The notes under the pieces are model-generated. The model was not told where the DNA came from. It did not search any database and saw only the letters and a program-made list of their open reading frames with translations. A program made the position numbers and the translations under genes. DNA of 64,000 bases from the human T2T-CHM13v2.0 reference genome, Homo sapiens. Location of the stretch: assembly GCF_009914755.1 (NCBI RefSeq), contig NC_060925.1; one strand, given 5' to 3'. Shown one piece after another: positions 1 to 12,965 of this stretch (positions within the stretch are counted from its first letter, which is position 1; each line of letters opens with the position of its first letter).

Positions 1-689
1 AGACTCACCCTGTATAGGGCTAGGGTTCAGCGTGGCCATGCCATCCTAGGAGGGGAGCAACAGCCAGTTGCCAGGATGAGCTGATCTTCTCCCTAATCCC
101 ATGAGCTAGGAGTCTGAGTTCTGAAGGCATGCTTGACTGCAGGCTGTGCTTGCATTCCTGAAAATGCTGTTGTACTCAGAGGAGCTGCTTTTCAGAGATA
201 TAAAAGCTTAGTCTTGCCATGTTGACCATGTAGTTCAGGCTCCAAATGTTGCAAAAAACAATTGATATTTACCTGGAACCCTTAGCTGTTTTATGATGAC
301 AGTTTTCAGTCTCAAGGACTCCTAGGTTGCCAAGAGCTAGAAAAGACACTGCAAGAGGTATTTAATCTTGTGGGAGATGTTAGTAGTTTCTACTTTATTG
401 GCTGATGAACAAGAATGTGTGGCTAAGTCAGGATTTAAGAAATAAGCAAGTCAACTGTATGGAAATTGCTATTTGTTAAGTAATGAGAAAAATTCTTCAG
501 AGACTAGATGAGTTAAGTAGAAGGTGCATTTCAAAAATGAAGGAGGTCAGTTTGCCTCAGACCAGGAATTTCGAAGAATTGCCACAGAGCGGTTGAAGTC
601 TATACTTATTTTCTGTGTATTTTATCTCCTAATAAACTGTAGAAGAGGGTCATCCATAGAGTGGCTTACAGCTACTTACTACAGTGATA

Positions 690-1850
690 TCTCCCGGGTC
701 TTTTGTTCCAATACCCACTGGAAGCTATTTTTTTCTAAGGTATATAATTCTGTCACAGAAGGCATGCCCTTGCTATAACACAGATCTATATTGGGAATTA
801 GAATACAGCATAAGCTGTGCATGACACCTTCATCATAGGCACTTCTACCACCATGGGATATGCTAGGTCGTATGGCCCAAGTAGCAGGGCCCTTTCCAAC
901 TCTGGGTATAAAGCTGGCAGCCTCTCGTGTCATCTGGTACATAAGTCAGAACATTACTCCCAAAGGTGGCATATGCTGCCTCCGGAACCTGAAGAGACAT
1001 ATTAGCTGTCATGCTTCCAGAGTAAAGGATGTGTCCTTTACTCTGGTGTATGTCCTGGTATGCCCCACAACTCTTGGACTCCTAAAATTTTTCTAAAGTG
1101 ACAGCCCATGAGTCTGTGGATTTTGACTCTCCCCCTCTGGAGTACCTATGATATACTTGCTACTTCTTGTTCATCTGGGCCAGTTATATGATATCATTGG
1201 TATAAATAACCAATATGCTGTTCTGCAAAGGGTTCAGATGTACCAGTTGCCTTTAGACAACACTTTGAAGGTATAACAGTGAACATAGCCCTTAGACAAT
1301 AGCATACATATATGCAGGAAAACTCACTATAGATGCAAATTCCAGGCCTCCATGCCTTCACTTGCAGGGCACGGCCCTCTCCTGTGACAGACTCACTTAA
1401 CTAGCAAGTAATGTCCTGGATATTTGCTTTTCTCTGGTGGCAAGTTCAAGATTGTGCTATTCATAGGGGCAGTGGTAGCCATTAGTTTTTTTTACCATTA
1501 ACTTATGTGCAAGCTTTAAGAATCTTTCAGGTAGCAATCAAACACATAAGCCAATATATACTTGTGCCATGTGATTTTTTTGAATTGAAACTTAGGAAGC
1601 ATAAGGCTTCTCATTAGTGATTCTTAGAGCAAGTGTGCCTAAAGTTCTTACATAGGACTTGGATTAACATCCTTTGCCAGCCACTGATTCTATGATCTGA
1701 GTGACTGACTGCCAAATATTATGCTTCTTAGGTTAAAGCCATTGTCTTCCTTCTGGCAGGGGTTGGGGAAGACAAATTAGCCAGCAGGACCCTGAAGACT
1801 TAGATCAAGAAAAGTATTGAACTGAGGGATACAGGTGTCCCAGCAAGACA
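690..1850 (-). mobile_element. Decayed ERVL internal fragment (protease/RT/connection region of pol)
   Basis: Minus-strand translation gives ERVL pol motifs: LLSKGYVH (=LPQGYVN, ~1279-1302), QNSILVIYTND (=YIDD, 1193-1204) followed by GPDEQEVAS, FRFRRQHMPPLGV..MYQMTREAASF, LGPYDLA.PMVVEV and SKGMPS. Many frameshifts and deletions. The protease-side edge is approximate. Confidence 0.85.
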
Positions 1851-2194
1851 GACAGGACCCACATGAAGTGCTTCCAGCCACATATGCAGGCTTTGTGTGC
1901 CTATTTCAGTCAGACGTTGGAGTCCTATTTGTATGCCCACCTGGGATGAACTCTGACAGATGTTTACAACTGCCTATTCTCTGCCTACTCAGCCAGCTAT
2001 TTAAGGAAAAGGCCACATGAAGGCCTTTCAGGGAGAAAGCATAGTAAGAAGTCCCAAAGCTGGTTCAACTAGAAAGATAGGGATGAATTGTGACCTCTGC
2101 TTCAAGGTGCCCCAGGACAGAAGTTCATTCCTCCATGGTGCCAGTTTTGCTTATTAATAGAGGTGCCTACCAGGTCTTCCCATTCTATATTTAG

Positions 2195-2249
2195 CTACCT
2201 AGGAAAGCTAAGCATTTTATCTACCTAGGAAAGCTAAGCATTTTATCTA
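2195..2249. repeat. Perfect 26-bp tandem duplication (ctacctaggaaagctaagcattttat x2)
   Basis: Units at 2195-2220 and 2221-2246 are identical, followed by cta. Confidence 0.95.
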
Positions 2250-3859
2250 ACCTGAAAAATATTGCTCATTTCAGTTCTAAGTTATTCATTTTTACTTGAT
2301 AAGTATATAGGCAGGGATAGAAGACTATACATTTGTGAAGTATAGTTTATAGAACATAGCCTACTGGAACAGAGCAAGGCAGAAGGGTAGAGAATGGACT
2401 GAGATGAAGCAGATGTGCATAAATGGAGAATAGTTGTACACTAAGAAACGTCATTGTCTTAGGATGGCTACTCATTTTCAGTGAGCACAGTCAGGGTATA
2501 TTGGCAACATAAGATGTAGTTAAGGGGTCAGAGGACATTTATGAATTGTATTCAGCATCTGCATGAGAGAATCTTTATGATTGTAACATCATACGATTAT
2601 GATTCAAAGTAAATGCAATTGCAGCATTTTGTCTTATATTCAAGACATGTATGGGGCTTCCAGTGGGATAAATACACCTATGTATACCCACCAGCCTATG
2701 CTTAGGATCCAGTAACTCATATGTTAATCTCACACCATGGGCATAAGTGATCCAAAATTTTAGTAAGAACTGAAAGTTTTTATAAACACATGGCAAACCA
2801 TTAGATACCTAAATTTTGAAGATTAAAAATATCAATTGTTCTTCTAGCAAGGCAGAGAAAGTCATGCCAGTAAGCCTGTAAAAATCAACTTGCAGGCAAA
2901 CCTGCAAGAAACAACTGAAAAAGAGGATTGCATTTACATCATAGTAACTGTTGGTAGCTCTTTAAGAGGCACCATTCAGTCTGCCACTATTGATAAAATT
3001 GATTAGTTTATTGACAAGACTACTAGAAGTCCTCAGACTGCATGGTTGAGGCCATTCTTATCCCAGAGACATGAACACTATGCTAATGACCCTGCAACTC
3101 TGCCAAAGGCAAAAATTTCTAAGAGAAAACCTGCCCTCCACTCCCTAAAATAAACAGAAACCAACCAGGACTTCAGACCACTTAAGAACAATGGTCACAG
3201 AAAGAGACCAGGTGTTAGAGCTTAAGAAGGAGCCTTGTGCATCTTGCTAAGGAAACTTCAGTCTCTGTGCTAGTATTACTCTGGCAATGGGCTGACTGCT
3301 GAAGGAACTTGACCGCAGTTTCAGCAGTGTCCTTAGAACGTAACAGGATGAGGCAAACAAGGCTGTAAGTATTCTTTATCATCATACTACAGATGTAGTC
3401 TATGGAATGGTTTGCGACTACTCTTACCTATTGACAGTGTCCTAAGTCTTAAAGACTTACTTAAATCAATAATTAATCGTCTGTATTCAAGTGACATAGC
3501 TAAGCATGGCATTTGCAGAATAAGTTTGTCATAGAGCCATGCTTTGAAAGGTGTGTTGAAGTCTTGCTTACGCATTATCTTGTAAATCTAGGTCTAAGAG
3601 TTAGAGAAAACTATATGGTTAAAAGGCTCACCTTTCATATGGTCAAAGTGTTCCTTTAAAAATTCTTTAAATACCATATGTCACTAAAGCATTTTTATAT
3701 TTCTCCTACTTGAGCTAAGTATGTTATTTTCTCTTAACACCTAATGCTGGCTAGGTAGACTTTATATGTCTTAACCATAAAATGCAGAGAAAAACCTAAA
3801 CAAACTCATGATGCTATACTAGTACACACCCACCAGAATAGAAGTTTTCAAGAGCTGAT

Positions 3860-3990
3860 AATGCTGAAGATGGGTGACAGTAAGCAAAGAAGGGAAGCCT
3901 GGAGTTCTGCGCTGACTAACTTGTCCTACATTCTAACTAATACCCAGAACATCTTTGTTATTAAAGCCTGTAGGTATTATATAGGCTCTA
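3860..3990 (+). mobile_element. Possible old MaLR LTR (MLT1J/K-like) 3' fragment
   Basis: aagatgg...aagcctggagttctg...tttgttattaaagcc resembles the MLT1 3' half; heavily degraded. Confidence 0.35.
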
Positions 3991-6900
3991 CCTCAAGACT
4001 TACATGACATTTCTCACTGATAAGGATTAAGATGCCTGAGAACCAAAGAATAACTAGACAAGAGGGCTGCATGGGTCCCAGTGGGGAAGGAGACTTTGAT
4101 TGGCTTCCTTGGGGTCAGAGACAGATGGGCTGGCTCTCAAGGCAGCCACAGAGATCCTAGTTCATTTCCAGAGAAGACAAAAATAATGTCAGGCTGCTTT
4201 CTAGCCATAAGTTAAAAGCGGTCCCCCTTCAGAGAGAAAACTTATGTAAAGAAACATTATGAGAAATGTTAAAACCTGAGTAATAAAGCAGAGATTAGGC
4301 ATAAGTAGCAGCAATTTTGAGATCTAAAAGAAAAGGAGAACCAGCTACATATGTCAGGCAGTCTGAGCCTTTGCAAAATAAATGAACAATTTTTAGTATG
4401 CGGAGTTTGTGCCCAACAAGTTAGATTGTCTCTATCAATACAGAGCTCAGGCCTGTGATGAAATGTGACACGTCTTTCTTCAGTAGAGATTTGTGGATTT
4501 TTATCCATAGGCATGAAAGGAACAGGTCTTCTTACTGTATCAGTAATTCTCTGGAAAACCTGTTCCTGGTTTCATCTAGATAGTACCTGGACTCAAGGTC
4601 AAGTTTGTGGCTGGCACTCATTTGTATGCAGTGATTGGGTTAAAATCCATTAAAAAAACAGTAAGTTATACACATGGCAGCTGATGTGGGAGGAAATTCA
4701 AGAGGCTTCAGCATTAACATTTTTGTTGAGAAATTGTCTTTTTGGGAGATCTGTTTTAGAGACTAATTTAAGCTTTAAAATGTAGGAGAAGGCTTTACAT
4801 TACAGCTGCCCCCTATAAAAGCACTTTCTTATAACAGCTTTGAGTAGAAAAGGAGAACAAGATAAATAGCATCTAAAAAGATGAATGTAAGCAGAGATTT
4901 GGCTTAGAGAGTAAGGAAAGTAGTAATAAGAAAGTCCTTGATAACCTGGAAGATGCAGATGTGAGCAGGGAACAGGAAGCAGGATGGAATACGGGCACAT
5001 TTGTCTTCTCAGCCAAAGACTCAAGTTCAACCCAGCCCCACAAGGAACAGCATTTGGATGGCAGCCCCCATGCCAGTAAGCTTAACTGTCTGAAGACAAT
5101 GGATACATACCTGGGTGGAAAGTTGCCACTCACTGATCCAAAGTACTCAGAAGTACCCAAAGCCAGTATGTATGTTGTTTGCAGGTCTACCTGGCCCTTT
5201 CTCACTATCTGAATCCAGACTGTTGTAGAGTGACAGGAATACAGATGCCAGGCCACATGCTTTTCAGCCAGTGCAATCATCTACCCTTAAGTTTTTCACA
5301 ACATTCACTGAAATATAGCTTTCCCAAGACAGGCAACTTTGGTTTTTCACTTACTGATACTGCCAGACGCTGTTGCCTCACAGCAAGGAAGCTAGCAGGA
5401 GATTTTGGGTAGTGGCTTTCTCTCCTTGTTGTATCTGCTTTTCTGTGATTCAGAATCAGTTGTAAGATCTTCCTTTAACTTTTTATGCCAAAACGCCCTG
5501 ATAGCAAAAGTGGCTAAGCCACATGCACCTGAGATTGGTATCTGGAGGAGGACAAGCTTTTGAGACTAGCCATATGGAATATTTCCTACAGTCAAGGCTC
5601 CCCCATGCCAAGAACTACCACATACCCAGAACTACTGCACAAAGCTGACCAGATTACTAGGAAGCAAAAACATCCCTAGGAGAAAGCCATATCCTCCTAA
5701 AGATAGGTTTTTAGTCAAATTGTAGCTAACATTCCTATGTTGTGAGATTGATCCACTGGTCAAGCTTGTCTACAAATCCCTAGGATCCTGTTGACTGTAA
5801 TTGGAATAAAACAATTCCTTATGAAAATTGGCCAGAGAACAAGTTTTGTTTGCTTAAAGTGAAAAGGGGAAGAAAATAAGACAGTGGCCCTAAGGAAACT
5901 TTCTATTTGACTTGGACTCCAGAGTGGAAAACAATGAATCCTCTAGTAGCCATCACCTCTATGCCAAGCCTTTCTGCCCCAACAGGAAAGCCTAAAATAG
6001 GAAACTTGCCCTATAACGAGGGCTTCCGGTCACAGCAAGTAACTCCTACCCTACTTGTATCCTTCATCCCTCTCAAGATCCCTGGTAAAGTAAGAACAAA
6101 CAGTTACATTTCAGTTTGAGTTATCTGGAATTTTATGGTCTCCTTCATGCGTTAGTGTAACTTTAGAATATGACTCAGGTCAAATGTGATGGTATCATGA
6201 ATATAGATAATCTGAAGACTTTGTATTTTCTGCCCAGCTCCTCAAGAGGGAGAAACCCTGCTGAAGGCTGTTACAGTGCTTTGAGTAGCCTTTGGTCAGA
6301 GGCCAGTTTCTAAGTGATTTCACATTACATAGATAAAACAATGCAATTTGTTTTTGGGATCCTGCCAGAGGCATAGAACCTACAGATTGTCCTGCTTCCT
6401 CAGTCCCACACGCTAGCCAGTCTGGTCCAACTTCTGTACTCCATTTCTTACTACTTCCATCTGAAAGATAAATATATCCTGTTTGTGTTGCAGCCCTGCT
6501 TCCTTGGTGGGATCCTCAAAGTGGGACCAAAACCTGCAGGTTCGTAAGAGTTAGATGCTGTTGGAATTAAAGCTAGTATCACTTTTTGTGGGCATCGTTC
6601 TGGCTTCTGCCCAGGAGGTGGCGGTCCTCATCTGGCCTCTGAAGGCCAATCTAGCATAGCCAACAGATTTAGGGTTACTGCAGACTCCTCCAACCCCAGT
6701 AGTTACTTAAAATCCTGAGAGCAAGGTCCTGAACACAGAACATTTTAAAGCTAGTTTGTGGGATATTAGAATACGGTTGGGATACCAAATGTGAAAGCTT
6801 AATTTATTGTTAAGACTAGGTCATATTCCATTACCAGTGAATCTCTCTATAGTTAAGGCAAAGATGTAAGTGGTTAAGTTTATTCATTCTTCCCAAGTCA

Positions 6901-8656
6901 ATTTAGTTGAGGAAAAACTTTAAAGAGATCTCTACTTCTGGTTAAAAAAATTAGCCCAACGGACTCAAGGACATCAGAATTATCATCCCAAATCTAAGTT
7001 GAGACAGTTAAATATCCTTCCAACATTGTTGGCAGCCCCACACTGCTAAGATCTGTGAAAAGTGGAGAAATGAAGTCAATAGAAAGGATTATATAAATGA
7101 CTGTTTCACATGACTGGTAGCGTGTTAGAGTTAGAAATCTGTATTTAGACACTTTTACTATTGTCTAGGGTCTGAGTGATTAACTACGAATGTGATCACA
7201 ACTAGTGGCAAGAATTTTCCCAGTAATAACAAGATGAAGTGTTCAAAACCCCTTCTCTTTAGGGACATGGGGGAAGAGACCACCACCAAGCTTGAAAGTA
7301 ATTCCAGGAAAAATCAGCGGAGCCCTGAGACAATAAGAAGGATAAACACAAGAGCTAGGGAACAGAAATGAAGCTGTATAGGCAAAGACTAAACATGATC
7401 CAAACAGCTCACTTGTACACCAGTGAAACCCAATGGCAAGACAAGAATATAGATAAATCTTAAGACCTTTGAAAGAAGGGGTACATTTTCTGGTATGAGA
7501 AGTATCTGGGGATAAGAAAGGATTTTTTTATCTAGTCCAATAAAAATCCTAGGGATTCTGTGTGGAGCCACTGTATGAAGATAAATATAGTAAGCCTTTC
7601 TTGTGGTAGATTTGAGGATTTCAGCAGTAGAAAATAGTACACGAAGATGCAAAGGCTTGAGGAGAGATACGGGAAAACATGCAGATAGGCATTCCTGAAG
7701 GAAGAGAGTGAAACTAAGAAGGTTTCTCTGAAATGAAAAGTCATTTGAAAGGCCTGTTTGGAAGGGCTATCCAGGTAGAATTGATAAGAGAAACACCTAC
7801 ACATATTCTAGAAAAAGTTTGCTGAAATCTAAGAGCAAGATTTTGTAAACTTTTGAAGTGATGTTTACAATGAAGGGTTGACTTTTAGAATCAAACGAAG
7901 CTTTAGACACAAATATGCTAACTCATTCCCTTCACTCCCTTCCCAGAAAGAAACTCTGATGTTAGTATCTCTCCCGCTCATGTACCAATTCTACATGTTT
8001 GCAGCTGTGACAAGTTGCATAGCATCACCTTCAGTTAAGTGATACCACAGAACCACAGAAGTTAGTTTTTCTCCATATTATATTTTATGCTTAATTATAT
8101 TCAGTAAGAGATCCTAATCTTTGTGACTTGCATATTATGCTAAGTCTCTAGTTCTTTAATAAGCTTCATAAAGTTCATTTTCTACCACAAAAATAAAGTG
8201 GTTCTGCCTTTATATTTGTCTCATAGGCCCAATAGAAGCAAATGCAGGTATGATCTGGAGAAGCATATCTTGAATCTCAAAAAGTCAGGACAGACAACAC
8301 CATAAGAAACAGCAGGGGGAAAAGAAAAAAGCAGAATCAGGCTCAGAACTACAGGTATTAAGAGATAGGAAATAGAAAGTACCAAATGTATAACTTTAGA
8401 AAAAGATACTCAAGAATGACCAGGCAGGTTTGCAATGAACCAACTCACTTCTTGAAGTAGGTCAAAGTGGTACGTAGGTATCAACTATGCAATTGCACTG
8501 TTATGTGTGCCTTAGAACATGGTTCTCATTAGTGTAGGTATAGCTGTTGGAATTAAAAAATAGTATCACTCTTTGTGGGCATCATTCTTGGGCATCTAAA
8601 GAAGTTTTAGAAGTACATGGAGGCATGCGTTGTCTTCAGAATGATATGAGCACATG

Positions 8657-10063
8657 CAGGCGTACCTCACTTTGTTGCATTATAGACACTGGGGTTACCA
8701 ATTAAGTTTGTGACAATCCTATTTCAGGCAAGTAAATGGCACGATTTTTACAACAGCATGTGCTCATTTCATATCTATGTCACATTTTGATAATACTCAC
8801 AAAATTTCAAACTTTCATTGTTATAAGTGTTACAGTGATTAGCATTCTTTGTAATAATTGTAACTGTTTTTGGGTACCATGAACTGTGCCCATATAAGAA
8901 AAACTTAATTGATAAGTTTGTTCTGACTGTTCCAGTGACTGATTATTCCCTCATATTTCTCCTCCTGCCTCCCTAATCCCTGAGACGATATTGAAATTAG
9001 GCTGACTTAATAGCCCTAACAATGACCTCTAAGTGTTCAAGTGAAAGACTGGTATGTTTTTCACTTTAAAGCCAAAGCTAGAAATGATTAGATTTAGTAA
9101 GGAAAGCATGTTAAAAGCTGATATAGGCCAGAAGTTAGGCCTTTTGCACCAAACAGTGAAGTTGTAAAGGCAAAGTTACTGAAGAAGTTTTACTCCTGTG
9201 AAGACATGAATGGTAAGAAACAAGATAGCTGTATTGCTGATAGGGAGAACATTTCAGCCTTCTGGGTTGAAGATCAAACCAGCTATGACATTCCCTTAAG
9301 CCAGAGTCAAAGCAAAGCACTTACACTATTCAAATCTACGAAGGCTGAGAGGTGAGGAAACTGCAGAAAAGTTAGAAAGTAGCAAAGGTTGAGTCCACGG
9401 AGTTTTAGGAAAGACGCTGTCTTCATAATATAAAAGTGCAAGGTAAAGCAGCAAGTTATCCAGAAGATGTAGCTAAGGTAATTGGTGAAGGTGGCTACAC
9501 TAAACAGATTTTCAATGTAGAAACAGCCTTCTATTAAAACAAGATGTCATCTAGGACTTTCATAGCTAGAAGTCAATTCCTGGCTTCAAAGCTTCAAAGA
9601 ACAGGCCGACTCTTGTTAGAGGTGAATGCATCTAGTGATTAAGTTGAAGCCAATGCTTATTTACCATTTAAAAAATCTTGGTGTCCTTAAGAATTATGCT
9701 AAATCTCCTCCGCCTGTGCTCTGTCAATAGAATAAAGCCTGGATGACAGCACATCTGTTTACAGCATGATTTGCTTAATATTTTAAGCTCTCTGTTGAGA
9801 CCCACTGCTCAGAAAAAGATTCCTTTCAAAATATTAATGCTCACTGACAATGTGCCTGGTCACCCAAGTGCTCTGATGGAGATGTACAAGCAGGTATTTT
9901 TTTCTTGCTTGGCAACACAACATGCATTCTGCAGCCCATGGATCAATGAGTAATTTTGACTTTCAAGCCTTAGAGGGATGCATTTTGTGAAGATATAGCT
10001 GCCATTAATTTCTCTGACGGATCTGGCAAAGTACATTAAAAACGTTCTGTAAAGCATTCAACA
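8657..10063 (+). mobile_element. Tigger1 (TcMar-Tigger) DNA transposon, 5' ~1.4 kb, 3' truncated
   Basis: Starts with TIR caggcgtacctc. Transposase start atgacctctaagtgttcaagtgaaag at ~9022. ORF 9771-9953 (KKIPFKILMLTDNVPGHPSALMEMY) matches the Tigger1 DDE region. Confidence 0.95.
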
Positions 10064-10687
10064 TGGCCAATTTCTTCCATTTGGAACAGGAGCATTTATC
10101 CAATACCTGTACCCCCACTGTATCTTGGAAGTGACTAACTTGCTTTTGATCTTACAGACTCTTAGGCGCAAGGGACTTGCTTTGTCTCAGATAAGACTTT
10201 GGACTTGGACTTTTGGGTTAATGCTGAAATGAGTTAAGACTCTGGGGGATTGTTGGGAAGCCATGACTTGTTTTGAAATGTAAAAAGGATGTGAGATTTG
10301 GGAGGGCCCAGAGGCAGAATGATATGGTTTGGTTCTTCTTACCCAAATCTCACCTCAAATTGTAATCCCCAAAATCCTCATGTGTTGGGGGAGGGCCCTG
10401 GTGGGAGGTGATTAGATCATGGGGGTGGTTTTCTTCATGCTATTCTCATTATAGTGAATGTGTTCTCACAAGGTCTGATGGTTCTACAAGTGTTTGACAG
10501 TTCCTTCTTCACATGTTCTCTCACCTGCCTTCGTGGGTGAGACATGCCTCTTCCCCTTCTGCCGTGATTTTAAGTTTCCTGAGGCCTCCCCAGCCATGAA
10601 GAATGGTGACTCAATTAAGCCTCTCTTCTGTATAAACTACCCAGCCTTAGGCAGTTCTTCATAGCAGTATAAAAATGAACTAGTACA
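10064..10687 (+). mobile_element. THE1D/MSTA-type MaLR: internal 3' end (10064-10319) plus LTR (10320-10687)
   Basis: Internal sequence ends in the PPT-like gggagggcccagaggcagaa. LTR runs tgatatggtttgg...actagtaca. Confidence 0.9.
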
Positions 10688-11072
10688 GCTGTATTCTAGA
10701 ACTATTTGTGAGAAAGTTATCCTCCAGTACTTGAGTTTGGATCAGTCTTACCAAGCTAATCACTAGAAGAGATGTAGAAATCTTTTATAGTTCCAAATGA
10801 GAACCAAGGGAAATTTGATTACTTGAAGAGAGTAAATGAAGATGAGATCTCCTTTTCAATGCTTTTGTAGCCAAGAACCTGTCAGGAAGAACACAAATTC
10901 TTCCTATTCAGTGCAATAAATATGGCTGACAAACTCATGTGATTTAGGAAGTGTCATTTTGGTGCTACAGATGAGACCACTGAGACTGTACTTTAACCTG
11001 CTAGAAAAATATGATGGCCCTAGAAGAGGCAAGCCAGGGCATATCTGAAGTCATTCATAAAAAAAATAGGCT

Positions 11073-11475
<403 letters not shown>

Positions 11476-11589
11476 CTAAGCTTCATTTTTATAAATGTGG
11501 AACTCTTCACCTTAGCTTGCTTTAGAGATTGTTAGTTTAGAGACTCAGACAGTTATTCTACAAGGAGGATAAGGAAGGAATTTCCCTGC

Positions 11590-11800
11590 AGAGACACACA
11601 ATCTCAGAACTGTGCCGTAGTCTGTCTTCTCCCAAACCCTCCTTTCCTCTCATTCTACAAATGTCAGATCTGCATCATGGTCAGAGGCTCTCCCTACCTA
11701 CTGTTTCCCCTCATTTTTTCCAATTAAAGAAATTCCCCCAGTAGATTTTTTATCTGATTGCATCTTGGCATCTGATTCTTGGAGGACTCAAACTAGTGCA
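11590..11800 (+). mobile_element. LTR16-family (ERVL) LTR 3' fragment
   Basis: tgtcagatctgcatcatggtcagaggctctccctacc...tcttggcatctgattcttggaggactcaaactagtgca matches the LTR16A/B end. Confidence 0.7.
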
Positions 11801-12154
11801 CTAGCTAATACGTTGTCACTGATAGACAGAGACAGGGATCATCCTTCTAAGCCTCCTGCTCCTACCTGCCAATTGCCAGTGTGACTAGAGTAGAAGGAAT
11901 CCCTGAAGAGTTATATTCAAAAGGAATATTGATTTATTGCAAATGAGTTTTATATATCCATTGAGTTAAAGCTTTATTTCTGCTCTTAAGAGTGAAACAT
12001 TTAAAATAAGTTACTATAAAATATTATTGGCCGAACACTGATCTGTGGAGAGGCTGTCTACATTCTTTGAGAAAGTGGAAGCTACTGCAATAGCCTTAAG
12101 GAACTTTTCAGAGAATCCCTTTGACCTTCGAGTTGGAAGCTTGTTTGATTAGAT

Positions 12155-12290
12155 CAAGGGCCAGCAAACTAAGACCTATGAGTCAAAACTGACCTGAAGA
12201 CTGTTTTTGTACAGCCCAGCAAGCTAAGAATGATTTTTAAGAGGTTGTAAAATAAGAGGAGAAGAGAAGACTTTTGTGACCCCAAAGCGT

Positions 12291-12346
<56 letters not shown>

Positions 12347-12383
12347 ATCTTGCCCTGTTGCACCAAAAGCTTTCTGACTCCTG
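12155..12383 (+). mobile_element. MER58B/C (hAT-Charlie MITE) with internal (TA)n
   Basis: Termini caagggccagcaaact / agctttctgactcctg; internal tgtttttgtacagcccagcaagctaagaatg. Confidence 0.8.
12297..12344. repeat. (TA)24 microsatellite
   Basis: Uninterrupted TA run. Confidence 0.97.
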
Positions 12384-12779
12384 AATTACAGTCATCGATT
12401 CCAAGATGAGAGATAAGGTAGAGCTGCCCAAGTCCTCCTTAGTACCACTAGAAGATGCTTCATATATGGAGACTAGCTAGCAGTAATGCTTCACTGGGTT
12501 TTCCACCCCGGTATTTCAGTCTGCTAGCCATGGTTCATGATAGCTGAATGAAATCAAGTAGGTCATGCTCAGCATTTAACAGCATGATAGAATTTTAGTG
12601 TCCTTCATACTAAGTGTAAGCTGTTTCACAAAGCTTGTTTCAGTTATAAACATAGGTGTATGTGTTCCAAGTCATGCTATAAGTTACTTATAAATACTGG
12701 TTGCAGTCAAGTGTTTGAAAGCTACTGTTAATTTATTGCTAGATTCTTACACTTATCAGCAAGGTTAATGCCTAGCTAG

Positions 12780-12965
12780 TACTCGTCCTAAGCCAGGTAC
12801 TACATAGGGAATATACATGCATCCCTTTCAATCTTTAAGTTATTCCAGTTTTACAGATGATGTCAAGGTCCAGGGATTAAGCAAGTTCTCAGATTAATAC
12901 AGCTAAGTAAACAGACTAGCTAACATCAACCCAAGTCTAATGCCAAAGTCATACTTTTCACAAGA
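12780..12965 (-). mobile_element. MIR (shortened)
   Basis: Core ccagttttacagatga...ttaagcaagttctcag...tacagctaagta. Confidence 0.7.

Noticed and set aside
524-778. 84-aa ORF as a coding exon
   Set aside because: GTG start, no recognisable homology, and its 3' part overlaps antisense ERVL.
2520-3200. Possible processed pseudogene
   Set aside because: All plus-strand frames examined are broken and match no protein I recognise; no poly(A) tail or TSD seen.
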